Origin: Chiloscyllium plagiosum
Lineage: Eukaryota
DNA: 56,895 nucleotides
NCBI RefSeq assembly: GCF_004010195.1
Contig: NC_057719.1
Location: 10,193,300 to 10,250,194 of the forward strand
Direction of reading: 5' to 3'
The position numbers and the translations under genes were made by a program. Below the pieces are notes generated by a model that had not been told where the DNA came from, ran no database searches, and saw only the letters and a list, made by a program, of their open reading frames with translations. Below, one piece after another: positions 11,450-24,038 of the stretch; position 1 is the first letter of the stretch; each line of letters begins with the position of its first letter.

Positions 11450-12478
11450 TGAACTGCAACATTACATCCCAACTCCTATAATCAATGCTCTGATCAATGA
11501 AGGCAAGCATGGCAAATGCCTTCTTCACGACCCTGTATACCTGCAACACCACTTTCAAGGAACTATGAACCTCTTGGTCCCTCTGTTCAACAACACTCCA
11601 CAGGGGATCACTGTTAACTTTGTAAGTCCTGCCTCGGTTTGTCTTACCATCTCGCATTTATCCAAATTAAACTCCATCCGCCACTCCTTGGCCCATTGGC
11701 TCATCTGATCAAGATCTTGTATACTCTGAGATAATCTTCTTCTCAATCCTTAATGCCACCAATTCTGGTGTCATCCACACACACTTACTAACCATACCAT
11801 CGAAATTCTCAGCCAAATCGTTAATGTAAATGACAAACAATTGTGGACCCAGAAACCATCCTTGCGGCACACCACAGGCCTCCAGCCCAAATACCACTCT
11901 CCACCACCACTCTCTGCATGAGATGTTGGTGACGCCACTTTTGGAATACTGCAAACAATTCTGGTCACCCTGCTATAGGAAGGATATTGTTAAACTCTAA
12001 AGGGTATTGAAAAAATCGACAAGGATGTTGCTAGGACTGCAGGGTTTGAGTGAGGAGAGGTTAGCTAGGCTGCAATTGTTTTCCCTGAAACATCAGAGGC
12101 TGAAGAGGTGACCGTATAGTGGTTTATAAAATCATGAAGGGCATGGATAGAGTGAATAGTCAAGGTCTTTTTCCCAGTGTAGGGGAGTCCAAGACTAGAG
12201 GGCATAGGCTTAAGATGAGAGGGGAAAGATTCGAAAGGGACCTGAGGGGCAACTTATTCCCAAAACGGGTGATGAGTGTATGGAATGAGCTGCCAGTGGA
12301 GTTGGTAGAGGAAGGTACAGTTACAACATTTAAAAGGCATTTGGATGGTACACAAATAGGGAAGGTATGGAGGGATACAGGCCAAACGCTGGCAAATGGG
12401 ACGAGTTCAATTTAGGATATCTGGTCAGCAAGTTGGACCGAAGGGTCTGCTTCCGTGCTGTATGACTCTATGACTCTA
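11450..12478. mobile_element. CR1/HER1 insertion with a 5' inversion (minus 11450-11915, plus 11920-12478)
   Basis: Minus part carries GVPQG..LFVIYINDL to SWDVMLQ; plus part continues LV.PLLEYC to the (CTATGACT) tail. Confidence 0.85.
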
Positions 12479-13424
12479 AGTTCAATAATATAGGGTAAGA
12501 GCCAGGGAATGGGATAGACTGGACTGCTTTTCAAAAGAGCTGGCACAGAATTGATGGGCCAACTGGCCGCCTTCTGCGCAAAACTACTCTAGGAGTCATA
12601 TTTAGGGTACAGTGTTTACATCAGTCAGCTGCCAGATCAGGAGAACTCTGCAAGGATTCCACCTGACTTGCGTGATCCAATGAACAGTGGAACACACTTG
12701 ATGGACCGAATGGCCCAGTTCTTCTTCCACGTTTTATGACATTGAAACCGAAAAGCTGAGCTGGGACTGTCATGTGGGCAAAAAAAAAAACGAGCAAGCT
12801 TTGTTTGCAAAAGGGACCATCGAAGATCAGTAACCCATTGGATACATAAATGATGTTACCAGATTGAATAATTTGCATGTTTTTCTTCAACAGTGTAAAC
12901 TAATTTTACATAACACAATGCCAGCTGAGCAAACTGTCTGCGTGCCCGCCAACTTGCAACAGCTCTGCTTCTGCAAATCCCAGTCTGATTTCTTACAGAT
13001 GGCTGGCATTTCACATGCTTAATGCGGTCACAGAAAGTTGCAGATACAAGAAACGAAAAGAAGAATGGAAACAAATAAAAACACAATTATGGCACCATAA
13101 TCACATTACTAGAATGCCAACCCAATAGAAATTCCAATGCAGAATTCAACTGTTCAAGAAAATTGGGTTCCATGAAGAGATTTGCTCACCAGATGAAAAT
13201 AGTAAAGTAAACGTCTATTTATATTTTGTACCATTGTAAGTATTTTCAATATATTATCCATTAATACTCTAAATCCTTCCCTCTGCTGCAAGGAAATCAA
13301 CATTCTCTGAAGTTTAGAGACTAAAGTCTGATCTCACTGAAAGGGAGGAGTTGAAAGACTGCTTTCGTTGATTGAGAATTCTCCGATTTGGTAGGTCACA
13401 TGAAGAGAAACATCTTCACTCAGA

Positions 13425-14375
13425 TGTCAGAGAGTCAGAAAGTCCAACAGCACGGAGACAGGTCCTTCAAATTCTTTCCTATCCATGTATTTGTCCAAAT
13501 GGCTTTTAAATGTTGTTAATGTATCCACCTCAAACACTTGAGCTGGCAGCTCATACTCATGTGTACCAACCTCTGTGTAAAAACGTTGCCCCTCAGGTTC
13601 CCATTTATTCTATCCCCTCTCATCTTAAACTGATGTCCTCTAGTCTTCGATTCCCCAATCCTGAGAAAAAGACTGAGTGCATTCACCCTTTCCATGCCTC
13701 TCATGATCTTATACGCTTCTGTAAGATCCCACCTCAGTGTCCTACAGTCTAAAGAGAAACGTCTTAGCTTGTCCATCCTCTCCCTATAATTCAGACCCTT
13801 GAGTCCTGGCAACATCCTTGTAAATTTCTTCACACTTTTTCCAGTTTAATAATATTTTTCCTACAGCAAGGTGACCAAAGTGCGGCTTCACCAATGTACT
13901 GTATAACTGTAAGATAACTTCCCAAGTTCTGTACTTAGTGCCCTGATGAAAGCCGGTGTGCCAAAAGCCTTCTTCACTGCCCTGTCTACCTGTGAGTCCA
14001 CTTTCAGAGAACCATGCCCCTGAACTCCCTCTGTTTCACTACATTTCTTAAGGCCATACCTTTCACCATAAAACTTCTACCTTGATTTGACTTTGCAAAA
14101 TGCAACTCCTGACACTTATCTATATTAAACTCCATTTGCCATTTCTCAGCCTATTCCCCCAGCTGATCAAGGTCCTGCTGCAATTTCGGATAACCTTCAA
14201 CTTCTGATAACTTTCCTCACTGTCCACAACACAACTTATTTTAGTGTCATCTGCAAACTTATCATCATGCCTTGTACATTCTCGTCAAATCATTGATACA
14301 GATAACAAACAGTAATGAGCCCAGAACCAATTCCTGAGGTACGTCACTAGTCACAGGCCTCAAGTCTGACAAGAA
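13425..14375 (-). mobile_element. CR1/HER1 fragment
   Basis: KFTRMLPGLKGLNYRERMDKL..TRGHQFK and a KFADDTK remnant at about 14250. Confidence 0.92.
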
Positions 14376-14439
14376 TGTTGTGAATCTTTAAGGCTTTCTA
14401 ATCTAGAACACAATGACGCTAAGCTGACATACATATTTG

Positions 14440-14740
14440 GGGTAGCACGGTGGCTCAGTGGTTAGCACTGCTACCTCACAGCACCAGGGACCTGGGTTTG
14501 ATTCCAGCCTCGGGCAACTGTCTGTGTGGGTTTTCTCCAGGTACTCCAGTTTCCTCCCACAGTCCAAACATCTGCAGCTTAGATGAACTGGCCATGATAA
14601 ATTTGCCCATTGTGTTGAGGGATGTGTAGGTTAGGTGCATTAGTTGGGGTAAATATAAGGTGAGGTCTGGGTGGGTTAATCTTCGGGGGGTTGGTGTGGG
14701 CTGAAGGACCTGTTTCCACACTGTCGGGATTCTATGATCT
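14440..14740 (+). mobile_element. HE1-type tRNA-derived SINE
   Basis: A box TGGCTCAGTGG, B box GGTTTGATTCC, central GTTTCCTCCCACAGTCCAAA, HER1-like tail CTGTTTCCACACTGT.GGGATTCTATG. Confidence 0.9.
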
Positions 14741-14842
14741 ATTTAACAGTGTAGTATGATGAATTTTTCGGGAATCTCAGAATGCGGAAGTCAGGTAGAA
14801 AAATGGAGTCACTCCAGAATCATCTTATTCGACAGAGGGATT

Positions 14843-15050
14843 GGTTATCTGAGCTGACTGGGTGGCTAGTTTGTGATACAAGATGATGCCAACAGTGCAG
14901 GCTCAATTCCGAGACCAGCCCATGTTATCATGAAGGACTCTCCTTCTCAATCTCTCCCAGATAAGATGATCCACATGTTAAAGCATTATCAGTCATCTCT
15001 CTCCAATGACAGGGCAGCCCTATGATCTGGCACTGTCTTTACCTACCTTT
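14843..15050 (+). mobile_element. tRNA-derived SINE (non-HE1)
   Basis: Degenerate A and B boxes (GGCTCAATTCC); body shared with 630-805. Confidence 0.55.
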
Positions 15051-15333
15051 ATTAAATAGCTCAGCAGACTCAATGGGCTGGATAACAGACTCCCACTTAA
15101 ATTATATTATGGCTAACATTTATGTGGTCTGCTGTGCTTCTCAAATGTCAATACTTTGCAGTTGCGAACCCACAGTGTAATTTACCTTTACATGGCCAAA
15201 CTTTACAAACTGACAGGATTTTTTCTACCTGATCAACCCATTTGGATCTTAGCAACCTCTTTGGTGCTGCCAGTTATTTTTCTGTCTTCTCAGTTCCAAA
15301 TCACTGATACACTCAATGAATGATAAACAGCAA

Positions 15334-15642
15334 TCACAGAATTCCTACAGTGTGGAAGCAGGCCATTCAGCCCATCAAGTCCACACTGCCCCCTCAAAGA
15401 ACATCCCAAAGAACATCCTTGTAACTTCACAATTCTCACGGCCAATCCACCTTGGCTGCACATGCCGAGTCACTAAGGGAAATTTAGCATGGCCAAATCC
15501 ACTCTAACCTGCACATCTTGCGATTGTCGGAGGAAACGAGAGAAATTCACAGAGTCACGGGGTGAATGTGCAAATTCTATACAGACATCGCCCAATGGTC
15601 CCCAGTGCTATAAGGTAGCAGTGCTAACCACTGAGCCACCGT
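15334..15642 (-). mobile_element. HE1-type SINE
   Basis: Reverse complement of the HE1 head (GCAGTGCTAACCACTGAGCCACCG) and tail. Confidence 0.85.
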
Positions 15643-15741
15643 TAGCACTAATTCCCACAAGTTGTTTCCTCTTTTAGGAAACAGGGCAAGGCTTAAAAGA
15701 TCAAATGATGTCCTTCTGCATTGTGTTCATTTGTGACTTTG

Positions 15742-15897
15742 AGAGTGTGGCGCTGGAAAAGCACAGCAGCTCAGGCAGCATCCAAGCAGCAGGAGAATTG
15801 ACATTTCAGTCTCCTCGGATGCCGCCTGACCGGCTGTGCTTTTCCAACATGACACTCTTGACTCCGATTTCCAGCATCTGCAGTCCTCGTTTTCTCC
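15742..15897. mobile_element. Palindromic mini-PLE (family A)
   Basis: Inverted arms of the PLE terminus; 15-bp TSD TC(A/G)TTTGTGACTTTG at 15727-15741 and 15898-15912. Confidence 0.85.
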
Positions 15898-15949
15898 TCG
15901 TTTGTGACTTTGTTGGTTTCCCTCCAATCCCTTGACGCAACTATGGGGA

Positions 15950-16285
15950 GGAATATGGGGAGGTGATGGCCTTATTGCTAGGCTATTAATCAAGAGTCCC
16001 AGGTGATGCTCTGGGGACACGGTTTGAATCATGCCATGGAAGACAGTGGAATCTGTATTTAATAAATATGCAGAATTAAGAGCCTAATGATGACCATGAA
16101 TCCATTGTTAATTGGCGGGAAAATCCCATCCTGCTTACTTTCATGCTTAGCTGATCTGGCCTATATGTGATTCCAGACCCACAACAATGTGACTGTCTCT
16201 TAACTAACTCCTGGGCAATTAGGGATGGGCAATAAATGCTGGCTTAGCCAGTGATGTCCTGACCCCATAAATGAACAAAGAAAGG
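15950..16285 (+). mobile_element. tRNA-derived SINE with a GGGCAATTAGGGATGGGCAATAAATGCTGG tail
   Basis: Homologous to 55838-56345; tail shared with the second CR1-group LINE. Confidence 0.75.
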
Positions 16286-16511
16286 GGCTCTGATATCTAA
16301 TGATTAACTTATAGCTCCATTCAGAAATGGTCTGTTATGCAGTTGCTCGATTGTCCTAACCCATGCTTTCCAAATCTATAAACTAACCTGCTATGTGTGT
16401 GGCATCATAACAACAGGCTCGCCAAAAGATGATTTAAGGAAAAATATCCACTGAGTTATGTACAAGCTGAGATGTCTTTTCAGAAGAGGTGAAGCAGGGT
16501 TATTGGGTCAA

Positions 16512-16592
16512 TAGTTGTGAAGCTGGAAAAGCACAGCAGGTCAGATGGCATCCGAGGAGCAGGAATGTCAACATTTCGGTCCAAAACCTTTT
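16512..16592 (-). mobile_element. PLE family A single arm ending in HHR stem II
   Basis: GCTGGAAAAGCACAGCAGGTCAG..CATCCGAGGAGCAGGA..CATTTCGG. Confidence 0.75.
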
Positions 16593-16765
16593 GCCAAGAC
16601 TTGAGTTTGGGTGGAAACATGACTTCTTCATATTTTATTCAACCAAAACCATTCATAATTTTCAAAACTTTCTCCCTTCAACCTCCTCTGCTCTGAGGAG
16701 GATAAACCCGGCTTCTCCAGTCTCTGCATGTAACTGAAGTCTTCCACTCTTTCCCCTGGCTGAAA

Positions 16766-17065
16766 GGGTGGCATGGGGCTCAGTGGTTAGCACTGCTGCC
16801 TCACAGTGCCAGGGACTTGGGTTCAATACCAACCTCAGGCAACTGCCAGTGTGGAGTTTGCATGTTCTTCCAGTATCTGTTTGGAGTGTCCTCTGGGTAC
16901 TCCCGTTTCCTTCCACAGTCCAAAGATGTGTAAGTTAGGTGGACTGGTCATGCTAAATTGCCCGAATCAGGTAGGGATATGAGTGGGATGCTCTTCTAAG
17001 GGTCAACGTGGACTTGTTGGGTTGAATGGCCTGTTTCCACACAGTGGGGATTCTATAATTCTATA
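16766..17065 (+). mobile_element. HE1-type SINE
   Basis: HE1 head, core and tail present. Confidence 0.88.
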
Positions 17066-18610
17066 CCTGGAGGACTCAGATTTGTGGCAATTGATGGTGA
17101 GATGAGGATCCCTTTTCTGCAGGTAGCAAGTGCAGATGATTGAGAATGCAAAGTTTGAAAGAGTGCTGGAAGCAGGCTCAAAAAAAGTGTTCAGTTTGGT
17201 GAATAATCCAAGAGGAAAATTGCTTAGACAGAGAATTAGTCTGTCTAATTTATTCAATGAGTCAATACAGGCACAATAGGCTAAATAGAACATTCCCATT
17301 TCTCAAATTTCGAGGATAGTACAATTTCCAACATCATTGAGCTGAAGTTTGCCGATGCATTATCATTAGCTATTTTCCTGCATTTTAAGCTTTAAGGACT
17401 ATTTGCATTTTACCATGCTGAAAATGTGACACATTTGGGAGCATAATGACCAATAGATCTCTTTAATGAAAGAAACTTATTTAGAGGGAAACACACAGGA
17501 GATAGTAACTAGATAAACCAGAGGCTAATCAGGAAAAGAAAGGGAAATAAAGCGAGGAAAAGATACTCGAGTGATATTTTTAAAAAAGAAAAATACGAAA
17601 GACACACTTAATTTTCAAAAAAAACTCAACCATTTCCAAAAGAGGACTCCACAGTTATGTTGTTCACTTTCTGGGCTGGAGGGACAGAGTGGCATTATGT
17701 TAGCAATTGCCACATTGTCAAAGGGATGCTATTAATTATAAGGTACCATTTTCATGTGCAGAGTTTCATAACCAATTAATATTCAAGTTCTGAAGGCATT
17801 AAGGGTAATAGCAGAGCCAATGGCAGAGATGTAAATTAACAAGTGAGTCCTGCAACTCTTTGTATTTTTCTTCCTCCCTGTTCTTGCTGGTTGTTTTAGA
17901 CATTTCTGCATGGTTGGTTTTCAAGATGATTTAGTCCAGTAATAAATAACAAAGGTCATTTTAGTCCTTTTTCTACTGCCTTACATACAAACACTGCTAT
18001 CAGCTTAGGCAAAGCATACTATGTACTTGGTGTACATTTAAAATTGCCTTTACGATCAAATGTCATCCTCAATATTATACAAAAGAACATGGTTTCTTAT
18101 ACTTTGCTACAAGCTGCTGAAGGCTGTGATATTACTGAACAATGCAAGATCATGTATCTTTCATTACTTATTTCAGTGTTTGTCTTTTGGATGGTTACAA
18201 GAAATTCAGAAAAGAGAAAAAAAAAACTCCCCTTTGAACTAATTGAAAAGCAGATTACTGTGTATGGTGGGGAACTGAAATAAAGACAGAAAATGCTAGA
18301 TACACGCAGCAGGTCATGGTAGCATCTGTGGAACAAAGAGAAGTTATCACTTCAGGCTGATGGACTGCATAGCATATTGACACAGTCAATGGCATTTCAC
18401 CAGCCTGGCTGACCCTTAATCCACACTTGAATTTCTTCCACAGCTGACTGTACTAGACAGTCGTGTTAAAGCAGAAAGATACAGAACTTTGACATTGTGA
18501 TACTTTGGGTCCAATGTAAACGATTACAATCTTACAATTCTGTTTTGGGAGGGAGGGGATAAAGGCTGTTACAGCTCTCAAAACATTGATTAAACTATGG
18601 TGTTCGTAAC

Positions 18611-18811
18611 AAACAAAAATGGAAATTGCTGGAGAAACTCAGCAGGTCTGGCAGCATCTGTGGAGAGAAAACAGACTTCACGTTTCAAATCCATTGATTC
18701 TTCTTCGGAACTGAGTTACTGGACCTGAAACATTAATTTGGTTTCTCTCTTCCACAGATGCTGACACCACGGTTTCAGATTTCCAGCATCCACAGTTCTA
18801 CGTTTTATATT
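18611..18811. mobile_element. Palindromic mini-PLE (family D)
   Basis: Inverted arms ..CAGCATCTGTGGAGAGA / TCTCT.CCACAGATGCTG meeting at HHR remnants; ~17-bp TSD ACT(A/G)TGGTGTTC(G/A)T(A/G)AC at 18594-18610 and 18812-18828. Confidence 0.7.
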
Positions 18812-19227
18812 ACTGTGGTGTTCATGACTCCCTTAAATTAAAAAAAAAACTTTTACAATGATGGTTTTCTGTGCCAATCTTTTACCCTTCTCCCTGCTCA
18901 ACGTTTGAGTCAGAAAACCAAAGGTATTTCACTTCAAGAGATGTCAAGTTTCACATTTACTGTCCTCTTCAAAATATGATGCAAATTAATTGAGAAGAAT
19001 CAGGATGTTCAAAACACATGCTGTTATGGTACTGAAAGAGGCCATTCAGCCAATTGTGGTTTCACTAGAACTTAAGTTCTCCTTTGAAGCATGGTAGCTG
19101 CTCTAATGCAATATTGAATTTGCAAACAGAAAGCTCCGATAATCAGCATTGTCTCAGTGTAGCTTGCTGGCTCAGAATGATCAGACTATCTGGTATTTTC
19201 ATTATGTTTGATTAGCTGAGTGTTTTT

Positions 19228-21095
19228 TTTTTCTTATTCATTTGGGGATGTGCATGTCATTGGCTGGGCAAGCATGAATTGCCCATCCCTAGTTGCCATA
19301 TTGAGAAGATGGTGGTCAGCTCCCTTTGAATGGCTACAGTCCACATGGTTGGGTACACCCAATGCCACAATGCTCTTGTAGCCATAGTATTTATACAGCT
19401 GATCCAATTTAGCTTCTGATGAATAAACTGCAACATTTGATCGTGGGAAATTCAGTGATGACCATGCTATTGACTGTCAAGGCGCAATGGTTAGATTCTC
19501 TCTTGTTGGAGATGGTCATTCCCTTGCACTAGCATGGCACAAATGTTACTTGCTACTTGTCTTGCTGCTTTTAAACGTCTGAGTGGTCCTGAATGGTGTT
19601 GACCTTTGTACAACCATTGGTGGCCATTCCCACTTCTGACCTTATGGAGGGAAGATCATTGGTGGAGCAACTGAAGATGGTTAAGCAGAGGACACTTCCC
19701 TGAGGAACTGCAGAGATGTCTGGGGGATGTAATGATGCACTTCAAATAACAACAACCATCTTTACTGTGCCAGATATGACTCTAACAAGTGGAGAAATTT
19801 CCCAGATTCTAGCTTTGCTTGATCTTCTTGGTCGAATGCAGTCTTGATATCAAGGGCTCACCTCTGGAATTCAGCTGTTTTGTCCATGTTTTGGACCAAG
19901 GCTATAATGAGGTCAGGAGCTGAGTGGCCCTGGCAGAACCCAAACTGGGTGCCACTGAGCAGGTGCTACTTGATAGGATTGTTGAAGACACCTTCCATCA
20001 TAGAATCCCTACAGAGTGGAAACAGGCCCTTCAGCCCAACGCATCCACACTGACCCACCAAAGATTATCCCACCCAAACCCATTCCCATACCCTATTACC
20101 CTACATTTACCCCTGACTAATGCACCTAACCTACACATCCCCGAGCACTATGGGCCATTTAGCATGGTCGATTCACCTAACTCACACATCTTTAGATTGT
20201 GGGATGAAACTGGAGCACCCAGAGGAAACCCACGGAGACACGGGGAGAATGTGCAAACTCCACACAGACAGTCACCCCAGGCTGGGAATGAACCCAGGTT
20301 CCAGTCACCGTGCCGCTTCAGTTACAGGTGATTCAGAGTAGACTGATGGGTGGTAGTTGGCCAGATAGATCTGTCCTGTTTTGAGTCTACAGGATAATAC
20401 TGGACAATATTCTCATTTCCAGTAGATGCCAGTGTTGTGACTGTACTGGATCAGCTTAGTGGTACAGCAAGATCTGGAGCTCATGTCTTCAATAGCACTG
20501 CCGAAATGTTGTCAGGGACCATAGCCTTAGCCATATCCAGTGACTTCAGTCATTTCTTGATATCACATAGAGTAGATCAAATTAGGTGTAGGCTGGCCTC
20601 TTTGATGCTGGGAACCTCTGAGAGGCTGAAATGGATCATTCATTCTGAACTTCTGGCTGAAGGTTGTGAATGTTTCAGCCTTATCTTTTGCGCTGATAGG
20701 CTAGACTCTTTCTTCATTGAGAATGGGGATATTTGTGGAGCCTTCTCCTTCTCCAATGAGTTGCCCACCACCATTCATGACTGGATGTGGCAGGACTGCA
20801 GAACTTAGATCTGATCCGTTGGTTGTGGAATCACTTTGTCTTGTCTACCACTTGCTGCTTCTGCTGTTTGGCACACAGGTAGTCTTGTTTACTAGCTTCA
20901 CCAGGTCGACATTTTATGTGCAGGTAGGTCTGCTGCGGTTCCTGGTCCGGTCTCCTGAACCAGGCTTGATCCCCGGCTCGATGGTAATGGTAGAGTGGGG
21001 GACAGCATGAGATGGCAGAGTGAATTGAAATGCAATTCTCCCGCTGTAAATGGCGCACAGCAGTTAATTAATGTCCAAGTCTTCACTTACTAGAT
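19228..21095 (-). mobile_element. Second CR1-group LINE, long degraded ORF2 fragment (HE1 nested at 19998-20316; continues at about 21725-21950)
   Basis: Minus-strand remnants LD.AKAM.PDNI.AVLLKT.AP.LA.P and .SI.ANYHPISLL; 3' tail at 19228-19300. Confidence 0.75.
19998..20316 (-). mobile_element. HE1-type SINE
   Basis: CATAGAATCCCTACAG tail through to the head CACCGTGCCGC. Confidence 0.9.
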
Positions 21096-21109
21096 CTACT
21101 TTAAATCCA

Positions 21110-21319
21110 GAGTCAAAAAGTGTGGTGCTGGAAAAGCGCAGCCAGTCAGGCAGCATTCGAGGAGCAGGAGAGTCGACGTTTCGAGTATAAGCTCTTCATC
21201 AGGATGAAGAGCTTATGCTCAAAATGTTGATTCTCCTGCTCCTCGGATGCTGCCTGATTGCTTTTCCAGTGCCACACTTTTTGACTCTGATCTCCAGCAT
21301 CTGCAGTTCCCACTTTCTC
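21110..21319. mobile_element. Palindromic mini-PLE (family A) centred on the HHR
   Basis: Arms of about 95 bp meet at CATCAGGATG; 14-bp TSD CTACTTTAA(A/G)TCCA at 21096-21109 and 21320-21333. Confidence 0.9.
21171..21205 (-). ncRNA. Hammerhead ribozyme (family A), intact core
   Basis: Minus strand: tc CTGATGA a GAG.cttata.CTC GAAA CG TC ga. Confidence 0.65.
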
Positions 21320-21399
21320 CTACTTTAAGTCCAATCTATCTAGCATAGTAATCGAGCCACACAGAATTATGGTGGGTATCTTCAAAGTGAAAACGAGAC

Positions 21400-21722
21400 T
21401 TAAAATTATGAGGGGCGTTAATAGGGTAGACAGGATGGAACTCTTCCCCTTGGTAGAGGAATCAATAACTAGGGACGTAGATTTAGAGTAAGGGACAGGA
21501 GGTTTAGAGGAGATGAGAGGAAAAATATTTTTACCCAGAGGGTGATGGGAGTCTGGAACTCACTCCCTGCAGGGACTGTAGAGGCTGATATCCTCATAAC
21601 ATTTAAGAAGTTTTTAGATATGCACTTGTGATGTCAAGCGCTGGAGAATTGCATGAGAATATTGTTTTTGCAGGATCAATGGACCAAAGGGCCTTTTTCT
21701 GTAATGTAGACCTCTATGACTT
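21400..21722 (+). mobile_element. CR1 3' fragment
   Basis: KIMRG..RVDRMELFPLVEES.TRG.RFRV remnant and a CTATGACT tail. Confidence 0.85.
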
Positions 21723-21964
21723 TAACTGTCCTGTTACCTCTGATGGCTCATTCAGGATTGGTGATGATGGTGCCTGAGACATGGCCATTCTCACAGAATC
21801 ATAACTTACAGACAATGTCAGGCTGTTGCTTGATTAGTCAGTGAGGCAGCTCTCCCAGTTTTGGCACTGGCCCCCAGATGTGAGTAAGGAAGATTTTACA
21901 GTGGTGATAGGGCTGATTCTGCTATTGTCGTTTCTAGTGCCTAGAATGGGTAAGGACAGTAGAT

Positions 21965-22105
21965 TTCTTTCCCTAAAATATTGACCAGCACACGAGAGAG
22001 GACACTCCTGCTCCTCTTCAAAATAGCACAGTGGAATCATTTACATTCACTTAATCTGTTTAATGGCTCATCCAAATGATGACATCCTTGACGATGCAGT
22101 GTAGA
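21965..22105 (-). mobile_element. Deu-domain SINE remnant
   Basis: AATATTGACCAG.ACAC..CTCCTGCTC.TCTTCAAAATAG..GG.ATC.TTTAC.TTCAC. Confidence 0.55.
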
Positions 22106-22187
22106 GTGAAAGGAATTGAACTTTAACTCTCAGCATGCTGTTGAACAAGATAAAAGGAGCTTTGTCATAATGACATGAGGTCACATG

Positions 22188-22778
22188 TGTAGTGACTATA
22201 ATGAGGTCAGTCAGATGGACCTCAGAGAATATGAGTTTCCTGATTAGGGCTGTTAATCTGGTTCAATCAGGGAGCTGTGGCCTACAGGCAAAAATGGGAG
22301 TCTTATGTTAGAGCTCGGGTGTCTCTGGAAAAGGAGCACGCGGTGTCCACCAACACCCTGGAGTTGTTCAGGGAGAGGTGGGCGCCGAAGGGAGTGGAGT
22401 GCATTATTTCCCCCTCCAACTCTATTTTGATTTAGTCCCTCCCCTCCCCTTCACTGTTTGATCACATAGCACTGCCCTTTGATGCGAAGGGCAGCGCTTG
22501 TCACTGGCCACTCAGGTGTTTCTTTGCTTCCTGGTGGTAGAAATTTGAATAAAGATTCGTGCACCTTGTGTCTCTCACTGTGTCTCACACCTGCACACAC
22601 ACAACATGGGTGCTGGGGAAAAAAACAGAAAAAGAAAAAAAGAAAAAAAGTGAAAAAAGGGGGAGTGCTGACACTCTAGTATCTGACTTTGTATGAGGCA
22701 GCACTAAAGCCAATGACTGTCTATGTTTAAATAAAAGTTGATTTTGTGACAGAATACTGACAACTGTGGAGTTATTTA
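22188..22778 (+). mobile_element. Solo LTR-like repeat (second copy) interrupted by Tx1
   Basis: TGTAGTGAC start, CAATCAGGGAG, AATAAA, GAGTTATTT end; collinear with 6855-8820. Confidence 0.65.
22303..22658 (+). mobile_element. Tx1-like LINE 3' fragment
   Basis: YVRARVSLEKEHAVSTNTLELFRERWAPKGVECIISPSNSILI*, then the 3' UTR and an A-rich tail. Confidence 0.88.
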
Positions 22779-23510
22779 GACCATAAGACATTAGAGCAGA
22801 AATTAGGCCATTCTGCCCCCACTGAATCTGCTCTGCCATTCAATCACGGCTGATAAGTTTCTCAAACTCATTGTCCCAGTTTCTCACCATAACCTTTGAT
22901 CCCCTTGTCAATCAAGAACCAATCTAGTTCTGTCTTAAATATACTCGATGACCTGGCCTCCACAGCCGCCTGCGGCAATAAATTCCACAGATTCATCACA
23001 CTCTGACCAAAAAGGTTTCTCCTTATCTCCATTCTAAAAGGTCTTCCCTTTACTCTAAGGCTATGCCCTCAGGTACTGGTCTCTCCTACCAATGGGGTGG
23101 CACAGTGGTTCAGTGGTTAGTACTGCTGCCTCACAGTAACAGGGACCCGGATTTGATTCCTGCATTGGGCGACTATTTGTGTGGAATTTGCACATTCTCC
23201 CTGTGTCTGTTTGGGTTTCCTCAGGGTACCCTGGTTTCCTCCCACAGTCCATAGATGTGCAAGTTAGGTGAATTGGCCATGTTGAATTGCCTGCAGTGTT
23301 GAGGGATGTGTAGGTTAGGTGCATTAGTCTGGGGTAAATGTAGGAGAATGGGTCTGGGTGGGTTACTCTTCAGAGGGTCGGCAAGGACTTGTTGGGTTGA
23401 AGGGCCTGTTTCCGCATTGTAGGGATTCTATTCCAATATAAACATTTTCCCAATGTCCAGCCCGTTCAGTATTCTGTAAGTTTCAATCAGATCCCTCCTC
23501 ATTCTTCGAA
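22779..23510 (-). mobile_element. CR1 3' fragment with a nested plus-strand HE1 SINE (23095-23432)
   Basis: CATAAGACAT tail; HE1 is flanked by a CCAAT duplication. Confidence 0.85.
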
Positions 23511-23559
23511 ACTTGTTTTGATGGCCTCTCTACCATTCTCTATATACAGTTATATTAGA

Positions 23560-23800
23560 TCATAAAACTATGAGACATAGGGACACAAGATGGCCATTCA
23601 GCCCAGCAAGTCTGCTCAGTGAAATCATGGCTGACCTATTAATCCTCAACTCTACTTTCCTACCTCTTTTTTATAAACTCCCTTACTGATTAAAAATCTG
23701 TCTGTCTCAGCCTTGAATCTGCTCAACAACGCAGGCTTGACAGCCCTCTGCAGTAAAGGGTCCCAAAGATTCACTCATCTCTAAGAGAAGAAACTCCTTA
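23560..23800 (-). mobile_element. CR1 3' fragment
   Basis: CATA..GAGACATAGG..GGCCATTCAGCCC tail. Confidence 0.7.
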
Positions 23801-24038
23801 TTCCAATCAGGTCTAGTGCTTTTCATTCCACCAGCAGATAGACCTTACATTACAGCAAAGCAGTACGTTCTCAGAAGTATAATAAAAGCAAAAATACTGC
23901 AGGGGCTGCAAATTTGAGACGAACACAGAGAATGTTAGAGAAACTCATCAAGTCTGGCAGCGTCTCTGCCAGGAGAAACGCAATAACATTTTGAGTCCGA
24001 TATGGCTTCTTCAGAAATCAGCTTTTTCACACATATAG

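Noticed and set aside
14440..14512. tRNA genes at HE1 heads
   Set aside because: They continue into SINE core and tail sequence and are degenerate, so they are SINE promoters rather than tRNAs.
21110..21319. Pre-miRNA, or DNA-transposon MITE interpretation of the hairpins
   Set aside because: The arms are identical in kind to the termini of the RT/GIY-YIG element at 36206-37828, and TSDs are variable (11-17 bp), which fits retrotransposition.
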